Shown: positions 57,445 to 64,000 of the stretch, piece after piece
Layout of the letters: every line of letters starts with the position of its first letter
Position numbering within the stretch: position 1 is the stretch's first letter
Assembly (NCBI GenBank): GCA_938004075.1
Contig: CALKWP010000013.1
Coordinates: 11,734-75,733 of the forward strand
Source: an uncultured Methanomassiliicoccales archaeon
Lineage (GTDB): Archaea > Thermoplasmatota > Thermoplasmata > SG8-5
DNA length: 64,000 bases
Direction of reading: 5' to 3'
Translations under genes and position numbers: made by a program
Notes under the pieces: generated by a model
Seen by the model: the letters and a program-made list of their open reading frames with translations, nothing else
Told to the model about the DNA's origin: nothing
Database searches by the model: none

Positions 57445-59298
57445 TCAGAACCACATCTGCTGCTTGCCTACAACGATGATCACGATGACGACGACGATTA
57501 TGATGACGATGATGCCTATCCAGAGCCAGGGAATGTTGCTTCCGGGAGAGGCTGTCTTCACATCGAAATGCGGTATTCCATTGGGTTCCGCGTAGCCTGT
57601 GGCGACTGTAACATCCTGTCCTTTGATGAATTCGGGCAGCAGGAACTCGCCCTGGAGCTTGCCCTTGTCATTCTCCTGAAGCTGTATCATGTTGCCAGCC
57701 GGGACCCAGCTCATCCATTCCGGGTCGTAGCTGTCCATCTTGTCGAGGCTTGCCGGGCCGATGCCCCAGAATGCCAGCACCGGGTCCCCTGGCTCAGCGT
57801 CCAGGCTGACGGTGACCTTGCCGGCCTTCCCGGGCTTGAAGCTGCCGATGCTCAGGGAGACGCCGCCATCGCCATCCAGTTTGCCCTGGTAGGCGTGGAA
57901 CACAAAACCGTCGGAGTCCCATTGGTTGGGCGGCCAGACATCGTAGAACATGCCGTCATCGAGGTCGTAAGTCTGATTGACGAATCCTGAACGGTCAAGC
58001 GGCACCTCTATCCGAACGGAAATCTCGCACTGCTTGGCAGGCGTTTTGAACGCCAGGGAGAACTTGCCCAGCGCATCAGTGGTAATGGTTCCAGCGCTGA
58101 TGACCTCCCTGTCAACTTCCAGGTGGCTGCCGGTTCCGCCGAAGAGAGAGAAATCCGTTCCTGTCGCAGTCACGTAATAATGCATGGTCTTGGTGGACGC
58201 CGGAACCCTGGCAACGTATGCGCCGTATGGGATTGTGACTTCTGTGTTGGGCTTGAAAATTTTATCGGTCCCTTCCCAGATTATGTCAAATCCGCTGTGA
58301 TGCGGCTGCTCGGCAAGTGGATTGAAAACCGCGCCCTCGATCGTTTGATTGAGCCCGGCCGCGAGAACGTATCCGGAGAAAGACGCCGTGCCGTCTACGT
58401 TTGTGATGTGCAGAAGGTATTTCCCCGATACATTGGTCACGCCGAAATATTCATCATTGGGCCAGCCGTTCCTCCGAACGTAGAAATTTGCTCCGGAGAT
58501 CGCCTTGCCATCCGAATCGGCCACGCAGACCTCGAAGGAGACCTGGTCGCCGGCCGAGGATATCTTGTGATACCACACCTCCATCACGTTGAGGTGGATG
58601 CGCGCCGAGTCAGTGTTCCCGATCCCCAGGGGCTGGGCCAGCAATTCGTATGTACCGCTGACCGATGTTTCCGGCATCGAGAAGAGAACATCGTAAATGC
58701 CGGTGGATTTTTCAGTGTATGTGAGGTTCTGCCTCTGGCCGGTCGGTGTTTCCAGGTACAGTTGGGTGAATCCGGTAATCGGTATGGGGGTGGAGCCGGT
58801 TCTCACCAGAACGGTCGCGTGCAGCTCGTCGCCGGGCCTTGCGGGCACGTTCTTCTGGCCGCCGATTGTCACGTCCACGGTATCCTGGATTGAGTAGACA
58901 GTTATCCGGGCCTGGCCTTCCTCGTAATCGTTTCCGGAGTTTACCGTGTAAAAGAAATAGAGGTGATGGTTGTTATCGCTGGCCTTCACTGTGTACTGGC
59001 CCTGGTAGACGCCGGTCGCGGGCTTTGTCAGGGTGATGTTCACGGGGTTGTTGAGGCCGTGATTTGTGCTCATGCCCAGGTAGGCGTCGGTTATGTCAGG
59101 AAGGTCCTTGGGTGCTCCCGCGTCATAGACCTTCAGCTGAACGGTTATCGTGTCCCCGGGGCTGTAATTCCTGTCCTCGACCGTCATGACAACGTGGATC
59201 GAATCGTTCTCGGCTGCGGCTAAGGGGGACAAAATCCCCATGACCAGCATCATTGCCATTCCCATTATGAATAATTTATTTCCCTTCATACCTATCAA
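57445..59298 (-). CDS. Secreted cell-surface protein with signal peptide, beta-rich repeats, many N-glycosylation sequons and C-terminal Ile/Val TM anchor
   Basis: 617 aa; N-terminal MGMAMMLVMGILSPLAAA; C-terminal WIGIIVIIIVVVIVIIVVGKQQMWF. No enzymatic motifs. Confidence 0.55.
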   Translation of the reverse strand: MIGMKGNKLFIMGMAMMLVMGILSPLAAAENDSIHVVMTVEDRNYSPGDTITVQLKVYDAGAPKDLPDITDAYLGMSTNHGLNNPVNITLTKPATGVYQGQYTVKASDNNHHLYFFYTVNSGNDYEEGQARITVYSIQDTVDVTIGGQKNVPARPGDELHATVLVRTGSTPIPITGFTQLYLETPTGQRQNLTYTEKSTGIYDVLFSMPETSVSGTYELLAQPLGIGNTDSARIHLNVMEVWYHKISSAGDQVSFEVCVADSDGKAISGANFYVRRNGWPNDEYFGVTNVSGKYLLHITNVDGTASFSGYVLAAGLNQTIEGAVFNPLAEQPHHSGFDIIWEGTDKIFKPNTEVTIPYGAYVARVPASTKTMHYYVTATGTDFSLFGGTGSHLEVDREVISAGTITTDALGKFSLAFKTPAKQCEISVRIEVPLDRSGFVNQTYDLDDGMFYDVWPPNQWDSDGFVFHAYQGKLDGDGGVSLSIGSFKPGKAGKVTVSLDAEPGDPVLAFWGIGPASLDKMDSYDPEWMSWVPAGNMIQLQENDKGKLQGEFLLPEFIKGQDVTVATGYAEPNGIPHFDVKTASPGSNIPWLWIGIIVIIIVVVIVIIVVGKQQMWF

Positions 59299-59372
59299 GG
59301 ATTATATAAGAGTGCAACTATAAAAAAGGTTCGCAGAGCCCTGAGAAAGGCTTTTACGGCTGACGGCGATTC

Positions 59373-60725
59373 ATGCGCATGAGCGACGACGAGCAGCTTG
59401 ACAGGGCGAAACTTCCCGGCAGAAAGGCCATGAGCTGGCACCCGTTCTACCGCGGGAAAACAGAGGTCATCAGCAAGTGCCGCGTCAGCGATTTCTCCGA
59501 TTTCGGCGTGTGGTACACCCCCGGCGTCGCTGAGCCATGCCTGGACATCGCCAGGAATCCGGATATGGTCTTCGAGCATACCAACAGATGGAATTACATT
59601 GCTGTGGCGTCCAACGGGACGCGCGTCCTCGGGCTCGGGGACATCGGGCCGCTGGCCGGGTATCCTGTCATGGAAGGAAAGTCTCTTCTCTTCAAGTACC
59701 TGGGCGGGGTGGATTCCACAGCCCTGATGATCGACACCAAGGACCCGGACAGATTCATTGAGACCGTTAAAATGGTCGCGCCCACCTTCGGCGGCATCAA
59801 CCTGGAGGATATCCGGACGCCGGATTGCTTCTACATCCTGGACCGGCTCAGAAGGGAACTGGATATTCCTGTCTGGCATGATGACCAGCAGGGAACGGCG
59901 GCGATAACGCTGGCCGGTGTCATCAACGGCCTCAAGGTGGCAGGGAAGAAACTGCCGGATGTCAGGATTACCCTTGTCGGCGCCGGCGCGGCCAACATCT
60001 GCCTGGCCAATACCCTGATAAAGGCGGGCGCGGACCCGAGAAAACTGATAGTTGTGGACAGCAAGGGCTGCGTCCATTCCCACCGCCAGGATATCGAGGC
60101 AGACAGGGAGAGGAACCTTAAGAAGTGGGAACTGGCCGAATGCACCAACCCGGAATGCCTGGAAGGCGGCATCCCCGTGGCGGTCCAGGGCGCCGACGTC
60201 CTGGTCAGCGCCTCGAAGCCCGGCCCCGGGACGATCAGAAAGGAATGGCTGAGGGGCATGGCCCACAACCCTGTCGTATTCGCTGAGGCGAACCCGGTTC
60301 CAGAGATATGGCCCTGGGAGGCAAAGGAAGCGGGAGTGAGGATATTCGGCACCGGCAGGTCTGATTTCCCGAACCAGGTGAATAATTCGATAGGATTTCC
60401 GGGAATTTTCAGAGGCACCTTGGATGTCAGAGCCAGCACAATAACCGATGAGATGCACATCGCTGCCGCTTATTCCATTGCGAAAACCGCAGAGGACAAA
60501 GGAATCCACGAGGAGTATCTTGTGCCCACCATGGAGGAGCTGGACGTGTTCGTGAACACGGCCGTTGCGGTCGCCGAGAAGGCCATGGAGCAGGGCGTGG
60601 CAAGAGTGAAGAAATCAAGGCAGGAACTGAGGGAGACTGCCGAGTTCCTGATCACATCCTCCAGGGGGAAGACGAAGCTGATGATGGAGAACGGTTTTAT
60701 TCGAGAGCCCCCCAACGTGGATTAG
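59373..60725 (+). CDS. NAD(P)-dependent malic enzyme (small type)
   Basis: 450 aa; ...VWYTPGVAEPC..., ...GAGAANICLA... Rossmann, malic-enzyme N and NAD domains. Confidence 0.85.
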   Translation: MRMSDDEQLDRAKLPGRKAMSWHPFYRGKTEVISKCRVSDFSDFGVWYTPGVAEPCLDIARNPDMVFEHTNRWNYIAVASNGTRVLGLGDIGPLAGYPVMEGKSLLFKYLGGVDSTALMIDTKDPDRFIETVKMVAPTFGGINLEDIRTPDCFYILDRLRRELDIPVWHDDQQGTAAITLAGVINGLKVAGKKLPDVRITLVGAGAANICLANTLIKAGADPRKLIVVDSKGCVHSHRQDIEADRERNLKKWELAECTNPECLEGGIPVAVQGADVLVSASKPGPGTIRKEWLRGMAHNPVVFAEANPVPEIWPWEAKEAGVRIFGTGRSDFPNQVNNSIGFPGIFRGTLDVRASTITDEMHIAAAYSIAKTAEDKGIHEEYLVPTMEELDVFVNTAVAVAEKAMEQGVARVKKSRQELRETAEFLITSSRGKTKLMMENGFIREPPNVD

Positions 60726-63521
60726 GGCTTCCTGCGGTGGCGGATGATGAGCGAGATGAGTATTGCAACCGCGAATATGGCGACCAGGGCCAGGACTGTT
60801 TCCCCGGTGTATGTTCTAGGGGACGGCGAGGGCACCGGAATGGCATCCACGATGTAGAGGTTGACGGAATTCTCGCCTTTTAGATTGCTACTAGTTGGGT
60901 GGATTGCGACGGCAGTCAGGACATACTCTATGACGGAGCCATCATCATTTGGCAGGTTGGTGGCGGTGACCTTGAACATCGCCTTGCCGTCGGCATCGGT
61001 CAGCACGTCCGTCGGCTCCACAGTTGGGATATCCGGTGATGCAAGCAGGACAACACTGGCCCCCGCCACCGGATCGCCGTCCTGGTCCGTGACATGAACC
61101 TGGGCGTAGGTGAATCCTAATGAGCCAGCTGAATTACAATCTGGGTCTATTGTGTCCGGGTCAGCAGACATGGTGAGGGTAATAAAGGGAGCACCAGCGG
61201 GATAAACCCTGATGAGAGTGAGCCTGCTCGGGGAAGGGTCGTACTCCCACCCGGTCGAGTTTGTGTACGTGGCCACTTTAATCTGGATTATCGCCTCGGT
61301 CCCGTTGGCGACCGCAAACGTGTCCAGCGGAGAGACGTATGGCGCGGTGTAGGATGTGGTGAACTTTCCGGTTGATGAAGTGTAGCCCATCCCCTGTTCC
61401 AGCGAGCCTACCGAGGCACTCAGCAGCACCTGGGCGCCCTCGACTGGGTTCCCGTCCTGGTCCTTCATCTGCACGGTGATAGGTGTGGTGGAGTTGGAGA
61501 CCACAGCAGACGGCGGGCTCACGAACTGGGCGTTGGCCTTCCAAGGCCCGGGCGCCCGGATGTTGTATATGGATTCCCGGTTGAATATCGAACCGGTGCC
61601 GCCAACGACCCAGCCGGTGAATCGGTCCGACCGGTAGGCTTCGACATTGGTTTTGAAATACAATGCATCGCAAGGAAGGTCATATGCAATGGCTGCCTGG
61701 GCGTCCAGCACGGCTTTCTTTTTAACGGAGAGATTCTCAATGCTACGGGCTAGCTCAATGATTTTGTCAAAAGTCTCATTTCTGTATCCGGGATAATTGT
61801 AGCCATGCTCCGCTTGACTGGAATGGAACAGGTCGTGAAGATATGCAACCGGATCGTTGCCAAGATGCCAGTCCAGAACATACATGTCGAAACAACGTTC
61901 ATTTGGCGTGGTGTATTGGGTGTTTCCGATTATCTGCAAAAGCGAAGTGAAATCCATGGCCACGGCTTCGGCATAGATTCCAACAATCCTTAATTGCGAG
62001 GCGATCATTATTGCTTCATGAGTATTTCTCGGATCATAATTCATTGCACGGAATAGAATTTTTATCTTGCCGTCGGGGGAGCTGCCTATGTTGGAACCAT
62101 TGGGATTGACCCACCAGTTCCCATTGCCTGCGGCGGCGATGGCGTCCTCGCCTGCCAGAAGGTGGAAATTGTATGTGCCTTCGTAAACCTTCACCTTGTA
62201 CCCGGCGTCGGCCAGTATCTGCTTGGCCTTGGTGGTGTTAAAATCATAAGTTGGCACCGAGGTATTGTACCAATCGCTGAAAGGCGGTACCGGGCCTGTT
62301 CCGGCAACACCGAGGTTGAGGAGCAGCCGCGTTACTATTCTCTGTTTATCGATGCAGTGCGCGATGGCCTGGCGCAGCGGTTTCCCGACATCCTCGCCGG
62401 TCTCGTTGTACCCGAAGGATTTTCGTCTCATGTTGTAAGCCAGGCATGTGAATCCGGATTCCGGCGACTGCTGCAGCGCGACTCCTGGCTCGATGGTCAG
62501 CTCCTGCACGAAGCTCGGGGGCACAGACCAGGCGATGTAATCTATGTCATCGGCCTTCAGCGCCAGCACCGCCGCCTCCGCGGTCTTGAAAATCTTGTAG
62601 TTTATCCCATCGATGTTGGGCTGTTTGGCCAGCGACCGGTTGTACTCGTCGGTCCCGACATATTCCTTGTACTTGTAATCGTCCCGGAAGAAATGGCCGC
62701 GGAATGTCGTTATCTTGGACATCTGGCCCTTTGTCCAGGACTCGAACTTGAACGGCCCGCTGCCCACGGGCGGGTTGTTGCTGAAAGCAGTGGCGGGCGC
62801 TACCTGCCAGGACGCCGCGGAGTTCCTGTCATATCCCGGGTCGCACCAAATCTTCGCGCCGTCAACGGCCTGGCCAGATATTTTGTATGCCCAGATGTGC
62901 TCCGGGAGAAGGAATGTGAATAACGTGTCCCTGAAGAAATCGGCATAAGGTTCCTGCTGCCGGAACTTCACTGCCGCCCGCGTCCCGTTCTCCCAGACCT
63001 TGTACACTTCCAGCCATCCCGTTGATGTGAAATTATCCGCTTTCAGCGGGTTCATGGAGCCGGACCATTCCGGGAACTGGGCGGCAACGTGCATGGAGAA
63101 CATGATGTCACGGATGTCCATCTGGTGGCCGTCATGCCAGTACACGTTCTCGAAATCATAGAATATTATAGCCTCCTGCTTGGCTGGATCCGCCCAGGTT
63201 GATTTCGGCGAGTACCCGAAGTTGCCTATGGCGCAATCCTCCCAGGTTTCCGCCTTGCCAGAGGCGTTGGCTGAACCCACGGCGATGTACGGGGTGAGCT
63301 CGTCAGTTTCCGGGTTGACGCTTATCGGGCCGTCGAAGATATATCCCAGCACGTTCCAGGACCACACGTCGCTTGTCACCAAAGGGTTGAGGGACTTGAT
63401 ATCGTCCTGCATGCCCACACGCAAAACAAGCTCACCCCCGGAAGTTTGGCCGGAGGCGAGCAAAGGAGGAGATATCACCATCAGGGTCAGGATAATCGCT
63501 GCAACTCTTCTGTCCGTCTCA
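60722..63521 (-). CDS. ABC transporter oligopeptide/dipeptide substrate-binding protein (family 5) with C-terminal Ig-like domains and TM anchor; 5' end apparently frameshifted
   Basis: SBP5 core begins GGELVLRVGMQDDIKSLNP. Signal-peptide h-region RRVAAIILTLMVISPPLLASG has no in-frame start. Leaderless-position ATG (63521..63519, ~25 nt after TATA) is in the +1 frame. C-terminal Big-like repeats, PVPSPSP linker and TM anchor ...ILISLIIRHRRKP. Confidence 0.65.
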
Positions 63522-63544
63522 TCACCTGCAAGGCAATCCCGGTG

Positions 63545-63590
63545 GAAAGTATATAATAAGATTGGTACGGCGTTTTGTAAATTATAAAAA
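63545..63590 (-). promoter_or_regulatory. Promoter of SBP gene: TTTTATAATTT and TTATTATATAC TATA-like boxes
   Basis: AT-rich boxes ~25-60 nt upstream of ATG 63521 on the minus strand. Confidence 0.45.
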
Positions 63591-63624
63591 GGTTGTTGTA
63601 CACTCGTTTGTAAGTGCCGGAGGT

Positions 63625-64000
63625 TTAGGCGCCTTTCTTCCCCTTCCTCCGCCACAGATAGACCGCGCACACCAGTATGATTATTGGAATAACAATGTAC
63701 GCCGGATTCCATCCTCCTGGCTGCTCGACCTGAACCGGCTCGACAGCAGGGGTCACCATTATGGAGACCTGGGCGGAGCCGCTGACATGCGCGACCTTGG
63801 AGGCGGTTATTGTGACGGTGCATTCCTGGGCGGTTTTGATATTCATGGCGATCAGCCGCATTCTCAGGTATCCCTCGGAATCGGTAAGGCCGGAGCTTGC
63901 CTCGAGGACGATGGCGGCTCCTTCGATGGTTACCATTACCGATGCGTCGGTGACAGGCAGGTTCTTCTCATCCAGCACGAGGATGTCGATGAAAGTGAAG
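63625..64000 (-). CDS. C-terminal part of another cell-surface protein (Ig-like domain + TM anchor + basic tail); N-terminus beyond window end
   Basis: ...VTITASKVAHVSGSAQVSIMVTPAVEPVQVEQPGGWNPAYIVIPIIILVCAVYLWRRKGKKGA*. Confidence 0.5.
   Translation of the reverse strand, partial: FTFIDILVLDEKNLPVTDASVMVTIEGAAIVLEASSGLTDSEGYLRMRLIAMNIKTAQECTVTITASKVAHVSGSAQVSIMVTPAVEPVQVEQPGGWNPAYIVIPIIILVCAVYLWRRKGKKGA

Noticed and set aside
57340-57990. Plus-strand ORF containing DDDDDYDDDDAYPE acidic tract
   Set aside because: Reverse-frame reading of the GAT/GAC repeat that encodes the Ile/Val TM anchor of the minus-strand surface protein. Not an independent gene.
59295-60509. 404-aa minus-strand ORF
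   Set aside because: Antisense to the malic enzyme gene.
60722-63823. Upstream in-frame extension of SBP ORF to ATG 63823 (MHRHNNRLQG...)
   Set aside because: The extension overlaps the C-terminus of the neighbouring surface-protein gene (63625+), is Arg/Gly/Cys-rich, and lies upstream of the TATA boxes.
1-64000. Looked for CRISPR arrays, IS transposases, integrase or other phage genes and toxin-antitoxin pairs
   Set aside because: No direct-repeat/spacer periodicity, no transposase, integrase or phage-like ORFs. The only recombination signature is the tRNA repeat island.

Overview
This window reads as a densely coding archaeal chromosomal segment, roughly 55-60% GC. Conserved archaeal operons are present: L44e-S27e-aIF2alpha, L7Ae-S28e-L24e-Ndk, porGDAB and iorAB. 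Thermosome, type II GAPDH, TiaS, Dph2/Dph6, FEN-1, Pop5 and FtsZ are also here. The gene content suggests a euryarchaeal, Thermoplasmatota-like, peptide or amino-acid fermenting organism. About 70 protein genes are supportable, plus one tRNA-Ser-like gene that sits in a 600-bp non-coding island with 131-bp periodic flanking repeats. Functional blocks include an RNA-modification and translation block (Trm112, Tsr3, TrmJ-like, TruA, TiaS, Mtq2, KptA, DtdA). The fermentation toolkit comprises oligoendopeptidase F, a surface-anchored oligopeptide binding protein, 2-oxoacid and indolepyruvate ferredoxin oxidoreductases, a long tungsten-type AOR with its own polyferredoxin, and an acyl-CoA carboxylase operon. 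An oxidative-stress module (AhpD-like plus two tandem fRMsr paralogs) and a sulfur-trafficking module (CoADR-rhodanese fusion, two TusA, DsrE-like) are also present. I saw no CRISPR array, no IS elements and no obvious prophage or defence island. The candidates most worth a second look are the Vps62-like membrane protein fused to a zinc ribbon, the tRNA locus with an insertion and att-like repeat structure, palindromic candidate operators upstream of the thermosome, a K-turn-like motif in the L7Ae leader, a PEP-utilizing-like protein translationally coupled to MfnA, and an oligopeptide-binding-protein gene whose leaderless ATG is out of frame. Many long ORFs in the six-frame track are antisense shadows of real genes in this GC-rich DNA and were discarded.
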